Positions 24,004-35,947 of a DNA stretch of 48,009 nt are shown here, piece by piece; the stretch's first letter is position 1; each line of letters starts with the position of its first letter. The position numbers were made by a program, and so were the translations under genes. Source of the DNA: Jimgerdemannia flammicorona. Its lineage: Eukaryota. Below the pieces are notes generated by a model. It worked only from the letters and a program-made list of their open reading frames with translations. It was not told where the DNA came from and made no database searches. The stretch is from positions 1-48,009 of the forward strand of contig RBNJ01000040.1 in the NCBI GenBank assembly GCA_003990765.1. Reading direction: 5' to 3'.

Positions 24004-26755
24004 GTTGTTGTAGCCAATCTATTCTTACTCAGAAATGATAATCATCTATAGTATCATTAGATAATTTAAGGAATATGTAATAAAAGTCACTATGTTCTTT
24101 CATAAATAAGATATATATCATGATTGATAGAAGTACTCCATTATAGAACACTATTTATTAATATCAGTACCACACTCCAGCACCAGGACCTTAAATGTAT
24201 CAAGGTTATTGTGTAGCATTGCAGAGATGAGTACGGAGTTGATATCTTCCTATATAGCTCCAAATAAATTGCAGAGCATCCAAATTATTTCATAATGTCC
24301 TCCATCTACTACCAGTTGTAATGCTGTTTAGTTTCTCCAATCTAGGATCCTAATATCAGTATTTAATCTTGTACAAAGCATTCTTACAACCTCTGGATGA
24401 TTTTTCACCACTGTAATATATAGTGATGTTATTCTACCATATCCCTGCAGATTAATATTAGCCTTGAGATAAGTAACAAATATCTTAATGAGTTTAAGAT
24501 CTCTCAATATGATAGCACTATAGAGCAGTGTCTAATATTTGTAGGTCACTATTCGACCTACCATATATTCCATAATAACTATTCTGGGGTCCAATAACCA
24601 CTGGGTCAGCATTTTGGTAAGATATGGAAGTCTTTAAATTATAGTATTAATAGCAAGTTCATTATCAATAGATACCTCTACAACTGGTTCTTGCAATTCA
24701 GTAGTAAGGACAGAATGTTTTTGAATATATAATTGGGCTATATCATTATCATATTGACTAGTGTTGGCACCACAATCATTTACTAAGACTCTGAATATAT
24801 TGTAGTCATTATTTAGTATAGTAGAGATGAGTGTCGAATTGATATCCTCTTGTGTAGCTCCAAACAGATTATATAGCATACAAATTATCTGGTGGTGTCT
24901 TTTATCTACTGCCAATTGTAGTACTGTTTGATTGTACCAATCTCTGATTGTAATATCAGCACCAAACCTAGCATAGAGCATTCTTACAACTTCAGAATAA
25001 TTGTACTCTACTACAATATACAGTGCTGTAATTTTATCATATCTCTATAGGTTGACATTAGACCTGAGACCAATAATAAGATCCTCTATAAGGTTGAGAT
25101 CTCCCAGTAGGGTAGCTTCATGTAGTACTGTCCAGCATTCATTATAGTACATAATTTCATAAATCTCATATCTCATAATAATTGCCTCAGGATGTTTAAT
25201 TAAATTCTGTTTATATCTCCAGTTCAGCCATTCTATAAAATATAGAACTCTTTCAACTATTGTATTGTAGGTAGTTTTGGAATATATGCATACTACTCCT
25301 CTACTTCTAAATATTTGGGTAAAGTCATCACTTTTGTTTAGACTGGCTGCTATATATCATAATACTATACCATTACTATGTTCAATGAGATCAATACTAC
25401 AATTATATATCAGAACTGTGAATATATTGAGATCATTATTTTAAATAGCTGAGATGAGTGCAGAATTGATTTCTTTCTGTACAGCCCTAAATATTTTACA
25501 GAGTATTTTAATTATCTCATAGTATTCTCTATCTATTGCCAGCTGTAGTATTGTTTGATATTACTGATCTCTAATTTCTATATCAGCACTATATATAGTA
25601 TAGAGCATTTCTACAGCCTCAGGGTAATTGTTCTCTACTGCAACATATAGTGGTATCATTTCATTATCTTGATAGTTGATATTAGCCTTGAGTTCTACAA
25701 CCAAAATGATAATAAGTTTGAGGTCTCCTAGTTTAGTGGCCTCATGGAGCAGTATCCACTCATTATTACATATAATAACTCTACCAGCCATATATTCTCC
25801 AATGACTATTTTGGGATCTAATTGCCACTGGAGTTTGTTAATTATGATATCAATTATATATTTACTTATATTGATAATTAGCAGCTCAGTGATATTATGG
25901 TCAGATTGATCATGAGTAGCTATATCTTATAGGTAGGTATCAGTCATAGATATACCATCATTATCAATCAATAGCTCTGCAATAGGTTCTGATACCTCTT
26001 GCTGCTACTGGTTAGGTCAATGAATTCAATCATTTGGAAGAGTGGTAATATTCCATGGAGGAGATATAATAGTAGACACCTCAGCTATAGTATTGATTGC
26101 CCATTTATCTGTAACTATAATATTGGTTTCCTATTTACCTTTGACTATAGTATTGGTTACCCATTTACCCTCAATTATAGCATTGGTTATATTTTCATCC
26201 TCAATCATAGTATTGGTTTCCCATTCATCCTTGACTATAGTATTAGTTGCCTATTTATCCTTATTTGCAACATATAACTCTGTGGCCTGTTTATATATTT
26301 CTGGTATGTTGGCCCAATTAATCTTGATATTTAAAGACATAGCTACATCATACAGATTGATAGTAATGACTGGCAGTTCAATCATAGTATCAATCATTAG
26401 TTCACCATTATTACTAATAGGTGGTTTATGTATATTAGTTATAATATCAGATAGAGTAGTATCAATCATCAGTTTATCCTCAGTAACTATAGATGGCTCT
26501 GTATTCTGTTGAGGTTCTGTATTCTGTATGTATAGATTCAGAGGGATAGGTAACTCTATGGCCTATACAATATTTAAAGATGTGGCTATATCATATAGGT
26601 CAATTAGTTTACCATTATTACTAATAAGTGGTTCATATATATTGGTTATAATATCAGAGCAATCTGTAGAAGTATAGTAGTGGTGGATATTTCAATCATT
26701 GCATCAATCATCAGTTTATTCTCAGTAACAATGGGTGGCTCTATATTCTATACAT
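24004..26755 (-). pseudogene. middle part of the ankyrin-repeat pseudogene (three ~0.6-kb ankyrin modules plus low-complexity repeats)
   Basis: LLHEATKLGDLKLIIILVVELKANINYQD, PLYVAVENNYPEAVEML, GADITIRDWYNQTVLQLAV recur at ~24.2-24.6, 24.8-25.2 and 25.4-25.8 kb. Confidence 0.8.
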
Positions 26756-27222
26756 TGTAATGTAGCAGACACTTAACCTTGGAAGTACATCAGATTTCTG
26801 TATCTTAAAAACTTGATCTTCTTTGACTCTGCAGAGTCCTCAGGATGCAGGGGTGGGTGAGTTCGAAGTGTATCTGCCTGCAGGCTTACTAGTTCCTTTG
26901 CTTTTCTCTTTGCTTTGAACTACTTCAATCTGAGGTTTATTCACTCTAAGATACTGGGTTATTTATACAAGTTTACTAGCTATAAGATGGCTAAGTAATG
27001 AGTCATTTTCTACAAGTATTAGATCTTTTAACATCTGCTAGGATTTTGCTGATTACTGATATTCTAACATCTTCTGAATCTTTGCAAATTTTAAAGTTTC
27101 TGCACTTTGCAGAATATGACTGCTATTTTTAAGGCTATACTATATTGGGAATTGAGTTCAGGTACTATGATCAAATGTCTAATTCTCCTGATTCATGTTA
27201 CTAATTCAGATCAACCATCACA
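26756..27222 (-). repeat. 3' LTR of Gypsy A
   Basis: Direct repeat of 32996-33462; abuts the polypurine tract (acttcctcctgaat on +). Confidence 0.95.
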
Positions 27223-27725
27223 ACTTCCTCCTGAATAGATGATTTATCCCTGAAATATCCTATTCACTTGAACTCCCAGGCTTCTACAATTTGTATCTCC
27301 TTGTACTGTGTGATTTATGCTATTACATTCTTCCAGTATTGTCTCCTGAGATATCTGAATTCTCCTAGAGTTACATCTCGAAAATGAGCTAGAGCTGGCT
27401 CATTATCTTTGAATAACTTGTGCACTCTCTTGGTAATTGTGATCTGAATGTAGGAGAGCTGATATTCTCTGATCCAGTCTTCTTTTCCCATTTTTGGCTT
27501 TGAATTCAGTAGCTATCCTATCTTGAAGTATTCCTGGAACTCAGCTCGGTTCTGGTAGGTCTTAAAGTGTGAAATTTGTGATAAGTATGTTTGCACTATA
27601 CTCTGGATACTGTTGAAGGATTCCTCCATTGTGGGTGGCTCAGTAGAACACCACTGTCTTTCTATGACTCATTGGACAGCACTTGTGATCTTGAGAGCAG
27701 CTGCATTACTTTGTTGACTGGTCAT
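27201..27725 (-). pseudogene. ORF3 of Gypsy A (post-integrase accessory protein, ~175 codons)
   Basis: MTSQQ...EFQEYFKIG*LLN...ITKRVHKLFKD...VTLGEFRYL...IQEEVVMVDLN in one frame, with only transition-type internal stops; homologous to the family B LTR ORF. Confidence 0.7.
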
Positions 27726-28907
27726 GATACTTCTTGAGTCAGTTTCAGTAAATGGTAGTGGAGATGATTGTGCCTGAGAGTTTTCATAGCCAAAAGGTGG
27801 TCCCTTTTATATCTTACACAAGGTAAGGTCCTTCCTACTTAGGCTCCAGTTTTCATGACTATAAAGCTTCTACTATGTTCTGATATACTAGGACTTTGTC
27901 TCCTATCTTGATAATCTCCAGGGGCTTGTAATTTTTTTCTGCATTATTCCACTATAATGTCTGCACCTTGTTTATATAATCCTCAGCCTTCTTCCTGATT
28001 TGGTATAGTTTCCGTATCTCTATGTCCATACATTTCCATACAGCATCTCTATTAGACAATAGAGTTCCTTGAGAACTTTCTTCTCCGAATAGCATTTCTC
28101 GAGGGGTAAAGTGGGTGCTTTGCGATTGGATATCTCGGAGAGCAGATAATACTATTGGCAGATAGTGATCCCAGTTTTCATAGTTATCACAGATCTTGGC
28201 AATAACATTCTTGAGAGTCTTGTTGGTCCTTTCCACCTGTCCATTTCCTTGAGGGTGATAGAGTGTAGTCTGAATATGCTGGATCTTGTACTTCTTGTAG
28301 AGAACCTCAAAGAACTGGTTTATGAATTCTATTCCTCTGTCTGTAGTTACTTGCATTGGGGTCTTGAATCAGCAGATGATTTCTTTGTAGAAGAAATAGC
28401 AATTAACTGTGCATTGGCTTTTTTGAGGGATCCTGCCTCTATCCATTTTGTGAAGAGGTCTATTATGATGATGATGTATTAGTTGCCAGTCAGGGTCAAG
28501 GGTGGAGGGCCAATTACATCTATTGTGATGTGGGCAAATAGTACTGGTTCTATATGTGATGATTCTGGGGCTTGATTTCGTTGGTCTTGTTTCTGTTTCT
28601 GGTATTTGTTATATATCTTGACAAATCATCTGATATCTTCCTCCATTCCTGGCCACCACATTGTTCTTCTTGCTTTATCATATGTATTGGTTCCTCCTAA
28701 ATGGCCAAGTTCATATACTGATTTTATTGCTTGCTCCTTCTTGTATTCTAGTATAACCAGTAGTTTTCCTTTCTTCAGTATTTCTCCATCAGTCTTGAAT
28801 TGTTTCCATGTTCTGTTGATAATCATTTATATTCATTCTTCTAGATGTTGGGGCATCTTTCACTGTCCTAGGTATGTGATGATTCCATAGTAGAGTTCCT
28901 TATTCAT
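27706..28907 (-). pseudogene. integrase of Gypsy A, in its own reading frame
   Basis: MNKELYYG..., GHLGG, WWPGM, TTDRGIEF, YHPQGNGQVER, KLEPK*EGPY; no chromodomain. Confidence 0.88.
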
Positions 28908-31900
28908 GATTAATTTGCTGGTTGGAGGTCCTTTGAGGTGTCTGTGAGAGGGTATCTGCATTGGCATTGGTTCTTCCTGGGTGGTGTACAATGGTTACAT
29001 CATATGCTTGTAACTTCATGATCCATCTGGCATAGATTCCTTTGGGTTGCTCAGTGGTCAGTAGCCAAGTGAGGGCTGAGTGGTCTATCTGGATGGTGAA
29101 GTGTCTTTTGGCAAGATAGTAGTGGAACTTTTCTACAGCCCAGATAACTGTGAGACACTCCAACTTGTATGATTCATATTCTTTTTCAGCTCCTCAGGTT
29201 CCATGGCTGAGATATGCAATGACATACTCTACTTTGTCTTTCTTTTGAGTTAGGACTGCTCCTAGTCCTTGTGCACTTGCATCTATCTGAAGGATGAATT
29301 CTTGGGTCCAGTCTGGTCTTCTAAGGATGGGTGCTTGGGTCAGTCTGACCTTGAGCTCATCAAATACTTGTTGCTGGCTGTCTGTCCATTGGAATTTGAT
29401 GTCCTTTTTGTTCAGTTCATAGATTGGGCTTGCAATGTTGGAAAATCCCCTAATAAATCTGCAATAGTAGGAGGCAAGTTCCATGAAGGCTTGGGCTTCA
29501 GTAATAGTAGTGGGTCTTGGATATGCTGCTACTGCTTGTATCTTGAGGGGGTCTATATGTGTTCCATCTCAGTTGATGATATGAACCAGGTAGGAGATCT
29601 CAATTTCCACAAACTTGCATTTCTTGGGCTTGATGTAAAGACCATATTCTCTCAGCTTCTCTATTATCTGCTGAATATGCTGCAGATGTTCTTCAGCTGT
29701 CTTGCTGTAGATGATTATATCATCTATGTAAACCATCATCCATCTTCCTATATCATAGTGGAAGATTTTGTTCATCATTTGCTAGAAGCTTACTGGTGCA
29801 TTGCACATTCCGAATAGCATTTGCAGATAGACATAGGTTCTGTCTGGAGTGATGAAAGCTGACTTTTCACTTACTGCTTCTGTGAGACCAATTTGATAGA
29901 ATCCTGAATATAAGTCCAAAGTGCTGTAATACTGTGCTTCATCTCCTAGGGTTATGAGAATATCACTGATAAGGGGCAGTGATTGGCAATCCTTCTTAGT
30001 GACCAGGTTGAGTTTCCTATAATTGGTGCAGAGCCTTGGGGCAAATTCTCCCGGCTTGCTTCCTTTCTTCAGGACTAGTATAACTGGTGAAGCCCAAGGG
30101 CTGCTGGCTTCTTTGATGATACTAGCTTCTTCCATTTGCTTGATTTCTTCTCTAAGCCATTCATGGTAGGCTGGCAGGATGGGTCTTGCCTTCTGATAAA
30201 TTGGTTTGGTGTCTTCTGTGTCTACATCATGATAGCAGTGTGGGGTCTTTCCTTTGATATCTCTGAAATCTGTAGCAAGGACATCCTCAAATTTATAGAG
30301 TATCTTCTTGAGTTTCTTCTTGAATGAAAACTTATTTCTAATGGTATAGCTATGCTTGTTTGTAGTTTCCTCCTTCTTGTATTCCAGTTTGGTAATCTTG
30401 GTACTGGTGAATACTCCTCTTCTAGTAGATCCAAATTCTTTTCTTTCTCTTCCTGTTTCTTTCAGTTTCTTAACTTCTATGATCTTTGGTTGTAGAATCG
30501 GAAAGATCAATATCTGCACCAATCAGTTCTTCTTCTTGATTGGGAATGGGATTGTAGGGTTGTGATTCCTGATGATGAGTAGGATTTCTCCAGTATAGTC
30601 TGAGTTAATGACTCCTCCTTCGATGGTAATTTTGCTTTTAGCCAGACTGCTTCTTGTCTTGAGAATTCTGACATGGTCCTTTGGTATGGTCATCTCCAGG
30701 CCAGTTGCAAGTAGGGTAGTTGTCTGGGGCTCCAGTACAGTTTCTTCTACAGTGGTGATGTCCATTCTGGCTGCATTTTCTGACTTGTATTCTGGTAGAA
30801 CTGCATCTGGGTAGATCTTCCAAATTTTGACCTTGATTTCTTCTTTATCATCACTGTCCTCCAGGAGGACTGGTGGTTCATCATCTTCTTCCTCCTGTTC
30901 TTTGGCCTGTTTCTCAAGAGCCTTCTGTCTTCTTTGTTGGTAAATCTCTTTGATTTTGCCAGTACACTTGTAGCAATCATTGATATGCTCCATATAGTAC
31001 ATTTGGATCCCATGGGGGCAGACTCCTTGTAGTGCATATCCTTCTGTGATCTTCTTACACCATTCTTCTTCACTCATCCATCCAACTTTCTTCTTCTTTT
31101 TCTGAGTGGTCACCATGTAAGCTTCCTCTTGTTCACTCCCTTCTTCCTCCATATTGGGCAGGACTCCCTTGTTGATGTTGATGGGAATTTGTATCTTCTG
31201 TCCTTGGTAGATGATCTGCATCTTCTGTGCATTGAGGTCAATTATTGCTCTGGCTTTGTGAAGTCATTGATTGCTGATGAGGATGTCATAGTTGATTGTA
31301 TTGGTTACAATCACATCTACTGGGATGGTTGATCCTCTAAGCTTGATGGAAACATCTTGGATTTTTCCCAGTAGAGTAGCTCTTGTACCATCTGCTGTGA
31401 TGAATACCAATTTGGTTACTTCTTCAACTTTCCAGCCTAGGCAGTCTGCTGTTTTCTTGCTGAGGAGACATCCTTCTGCTCCAGTATCAATGATGGCTTC
31501 AAATATTCTGTCCTCAATTTGACAGGTTGTATAGGCAGAGGTCTTGCAGTTGTCTTTGCTTTCTTTTCCTAAGTCTTCTTGAACATTGTTGGCCTTGGTT
31601 ATCTTCCAACCTTGCTTCTTGGTTGTTTCAGCAAGTTCAAACCTCATTTGCTGTCTGAATGTTGGGATTTCTGTGAGCTGACTAAAGGTTACATTGACCT
31701 TTTGTTGGCTGAGGTCCTTGAAAATATCATACTTAAAGGTCTTGGTCTTGTGAAGCTTCTTTTCTTTTTCTCCCTCACTGGCTGGAGTGGTTCCTCAGAT
31801 GATATCTTGAACTACTTGTTCCAGCTCTATATCTTGATTCATTTCTTCAGCTTGACTTTCTGTAGCGGTTTCTATCTGTTTTTCCACCGGGTTCTTCTTA

Positions 31901-32881
31901 GGTCTTCCTGGTGGCCTCTTGTAAGGTTTCTTGCAAACATCCTTTTTAGTAGTCTGTGCAGGATATACCTCCTATTTCTCTTCATCAGAGTCTCCAATTT
32001 CCTTGAATGTGATGATGTTGGCCTGTTTCTTATTTCTAGTAGCATTGCTCAGCTGGGCCTTGTGCTTGGTTCAGCTCATGCATTTATATGAGTAGTGGCC
32101 TTCCTCTCCACAGCTGAAGCAGATACCTTTCTTCTTGTCTGTAGTAGCAGCAAACTTCTGAATTGAGCAGCGATCTCTTCCTCTGATTTCTTTTACTATG
32201 TCTCCTAGGTGGGCAGTCATTTCAGTGAACTGCTTGGTGAGCTCCTCCATAGGGTCACTGTTTCTCTGCTGCTCTGTAGCTCTTGGCTGAGGTGTGTTTC
32301 AATTGATCATTATAGTAGGGATCACACTAGTTGCCTTGGGTGCTTTGATTCTAACTTCAGTAACTCTTTCCATTGTATAGTCTTATGGGTGTCTGGCTAT
32401 CTAATATTGCTGAGCATAGGTGACCTTCTGTGGCAGATTCAAGACTACTGGTGATGAGAAGATGGCCATAGCTATCTCTGGGTGTGAAGGTTGCTTCCGC
32501 TACTTGATCTCAGATAGCATCAGCATAATCTGCAAGGATTATCTGATATCGGATTCTAGTATAGAATGTGTTTGGATCCTCACTCATTCCTTGGCATATT
32601 GTGTTGAGCTGGTCCTTCAGGGCTTGCTTGATCTCATCTGTGTAATAGGTGTTTCGGAGCCAGGTCTTCTTTGCTGTAAGTATAGCATCAGCATCATTTC
32701 CTATATGGGTTGCAGCTGTGAATGCTGCTCTGGCAGGACCTCATAGGCTGAAGAGCATGAGGGCTACTTGCTGTGCTACTGTTAGGGTCCTTACAGCAGC
32801 ATACTGCTCAAAATCATCAATGAAGGTAATGATTGATTCATCTGAGGTATATCTATAGAATACTAGTGGTCTCATATCCAT
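28900..32881 (-). pseudogene. gag-protease-dUTPase-RT-RNase H of Gypsy A
   Basis: CFSCGEEGHYSYKC, IIDTGA, TRSSLA/GVINSDYTGEI/EFGST, PWASP, YIDD, QIDASAQGLGAVL, IDHSAL. The six ORF fragments from 31647 to 28900 share one frame. Confidence 0.92.
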
Positions 32882-32974
32882 CTTGTCTAGGTATCTTGAC
32901 TCAGTTTGTGTGATTGTTTAAGTGGTGGTAGTTGTTCATTGTTCAGCTTGAAAGTGAGGGATTCATCTTGAATC

Positions 32975-32992
32975 ACCAGCTAATGGGTACCA
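32975..32992 (-). promoter_or_regulatory. primer-binding site of Gypsy A
   Basis: TGG-starting 18-mer 3 nt inside the 5' LTR; near-identical to family B 43832-43849. The cognate tRNA was not identified. Confidence 0.7.
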
Positions 32993-32995
32993 AGT

Positions 32996-33462
32996 TGTAA
33001 TGTAGTAGACACTTAACCTTGAAAGTACATCAGATTTCTGTATCTTGAAAACTTGATCTTCTTTGACTCTACAGAGTCCTCAGGATGCAGGGGTGGGTGA
33101 GTTTGAAGTGTATCTGCCTGCAGGCTTATTAGTTCCTTTGCTTTTCTCTTTGCTTTGAACTATTTCAATCTGAGGTTTATTCACTCTAAGATACTGAGTT
33201 ATTTATACAAGTTTGCTAGCTATAAGGTGGCTGAGTAATGAGTCATTTTCTATAAGTATTAGATCTTTTAACATCTGCTAGGATTTCACTGATTGCCAAT
33301 ATTCTAATATCTCCTAAATCTTTGCAAATGTTAAAGTTTCTGTACTTTGCAGAATATGACTGCTATTTGTAAGGCTATACTATATCAGAAATTGGGTTCA
33401 GATACTGCAATCAAATGTCTAATTCCCCTGATTCATATTACTGATTCAGATCAACTGTCACA
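32996..33462 (-). repeat. 5' LTR of Gypsy A
   Basis: Direct repeat of 26756-27222, followed by the PBS on the minus strand. Confidence 0.95.
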
Positions 33463-33680
33463 ACATACAAATCAGGAGGGGTAGCAGCATCCTGCAGATG
33501 GGTAGACTTGGCAAGATTTTGTTTGTATTTATATACAAAATACAATATAGCAGGCATTTCAATCATTGTATTGATCACCAGTTTATCCTTAGTAACAATA
33601 AGTGGCTCTGTATTCTGAACTGGCAGATTGGGTAGATTTGGCAAGAATTTTTTTATATTTATATATAAGATGCAATTGTA
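33463..33680 (-). pseudogene. 5' part of the ankyrin-repeat pseudogene
   Basis: QNTEPLIVTKDKLVINTMIEMP matches the repeat units at 26.35-26.75 kb on the other side of Gypsy A. Confidence 0.6.
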
Positions 33681-34199
33681 AAATTCATTTATTTGGATGT
33701 ATATTGGGTTGGTTAAGATAGATCAGAAGAAGGAATTTGGTTGGGATGGGTCAGATTTAGGAAGAAATCTATGATTATTTATAATTAAGAAAATAGTACA
33801 ATTTTAGACTAGAACAGATATGCTAGAGTGTAATTTCAATTCATTAGTGCAATTATAATTCTCACCCCTTTCTATAAAGCTGATAATTGATAGTACCATC
33901 TGATAGTGCAATTTAAGACTAGATTGGATAGACTAATGTGCAATATAGTGTAATTGGTCAGTGCAATTATAATTCTCACCAATTTCCACCCTTTCTATCT
34001 TAGATCTTATATTATCTGAAGTTCAGATCTAATCATATTATAATCACAGATCTTTAATCTGCTTACCATCTAATTATTTTATAATTACATATATATAATT
34101 TCAAAATTATAGATCTAGTATTCTGAATCTATAAATCTCTGAATATATATATATCACTCTCTATATTATATACAGGATATCTTTTACTAGTATACACAA

Positions 34200-35947
34200 A
34201 CACTCACCATTCTACAAACAATCTGAATGAGTTAGCTCAACCCAAATAGATCATCTGATTGTGTGCCCAAACTGAGATTGCTCAAGGATATTTGATTTCT
34301 CTATTGAAATTTGTCATTGAGAACTAGGTGGTTCAGAATAGTTAGTTGTATAATGATCAAATATTTTTCCACCAGCTATGTTGAGAGCATTCTATATAAT
34401 ATATATTTACAAAATTATTATTGGTGAATTTTTAATTAGGCCAACTCTGGTTATGCACCCAAGGCTACATGATCATGTGCCCCATGAGTTTGGTATTACC
34501 AAATTAATGAAATATTCTTTCAGATAACCATATGATCACTCATATAGTTGTACAGCAGTTGATAATAACTCAGGCCAGCCTGTGGAGCAATTGTGGCTAA
34601 TTCTTGTTACTGAGATATGCCAATTTGGCTGTAAAAAAAAAATTGAAGTTTATGTGAGTACCTTGAGGTACAGGGTCCATTATGACTAACTGGACTCAGA
34701 TCAAGACCTTTTTTGAGCCCTAATCCTCTTGATAACCATATTTTCTATAGCTTATATATATGTAAATTTACATAACTGAGTTTTTTATATGATATCTTCT
34801 TCTACTACTTTATCTGCCTTACCTACTTCTAATACTTCTATATCCACATCAGCTGCTACTATTGCTAGATGACATGACTATACTCTTACTGTTATCTCTT
34901 TATTCAGCCAAGCTATTGCTCACTCATCTTCATTATCTGAAGCTATTGCTGATCTATCTTTGTTACCTCAAGCTATTGCTAGCTCTTTCTTGTCTTTGTC
35001 TATCCAAGTTGTTACCACTCCATCCTTGTCCACCCAAGTTGCTGCCAGCTTATCATCAGTTTTTCTTATAGACAAGTACAAAATTTCTATTAATGTCCTC
35101 TTTAGTTATCTATGCATGAGTGTTTTTTAAACAATAAATAGAAAATTACCTAAAGGAGCAAAGCTGTCCAGAAATATGAAAAAAGATGAGTTGCAGGAGC
35201 AGTTTTATAAGTTTCTTGAGCTTGGGGATGGTGGTTTAGTAATAAATATTCAAGATCCTGTCACTGTTTGCAAGATCTGGAGTTTTTGAGAATTAATCAT
35301 AGATATGATAAAGTACTTAGATATGTAAACCAAACTGCATCTGAGAAGTCTTTTGAGGATTACACATGTAACAATTGCCACCATAAGGTCTGGAGACCTT
35401 TCAGAAATACCTCTTTATAAGCAGATATACTTGAATCTATCAAAACAACTGAGCCATTATTAATAACAATACAGATCACCTCAAGTATACCCACTCTTGC
35501 TATTATTTCTCAAGTGAAGAATATTGTAGAGACTGTTTATCAATGGGAGGATAGAACAATCAAGCAGCTTACAGATCTATACCACAATATAACTAATTGG
35601 CATATTTTTAAGAATACAGTTTCTAAACATAAAGTAAGAATCAATTTATTTAAAATGGGCAGAAATTGGTAGGAATCATTAGTAAACTACATATTTTAGT
35701 AGAAAAAATGTTGAATTGTGCTAATCTCAAATTCTTTACATTATTCTTAAATTATAGCATCTGTATGAAGAATATATTAGTCATCAAAGTAATATAGATC
35801 AATTTGTTACAGTATATTCAAATGCTAATGCAAATAGATAAAGAATTATATAGAGTGTCAAAAAGATAATAGACAAATTGGAAGAATATAACAGTTATAA
35901 TAAGTAAGTATGATTGAGTGAGGATTAAACAAATATATAATATAAGT
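34200..35947 (+). pseudogene. heavily decayed plus-strand coding remnant, possibly the N-terminal part of the recombinase gene
   Basis: Cys-containing fragments (VCPN*DC, CNNCHH), a 30-bp repeated Ser/Ala-rich linker at ~34900-35050 and intron-like signals; family not recognised. Confidence 0.35.

Larger units (their letters stand above)
26756..33462 (-). mobile_element. full-length Ty3/Gypsy LTR retrotransposon family A (dUTPase-bearing)
   Basis: 467-bp LTRs at 26756-27222 and 32996-33462 (TG...CA); 4-bp TSD ACAT; PBS-like TGGTACCCATTAGCTGG and polypurine tract; gag-PR-dUT-RT-RH, IN and ORF3. Confidence 0.95.

Noticed and set aside
27706-27800. Chromodomain at the integrase C-terminus
   Set aside because: Both integrases stop shortly after the LKKY motif, and no chromodomain residues follow.
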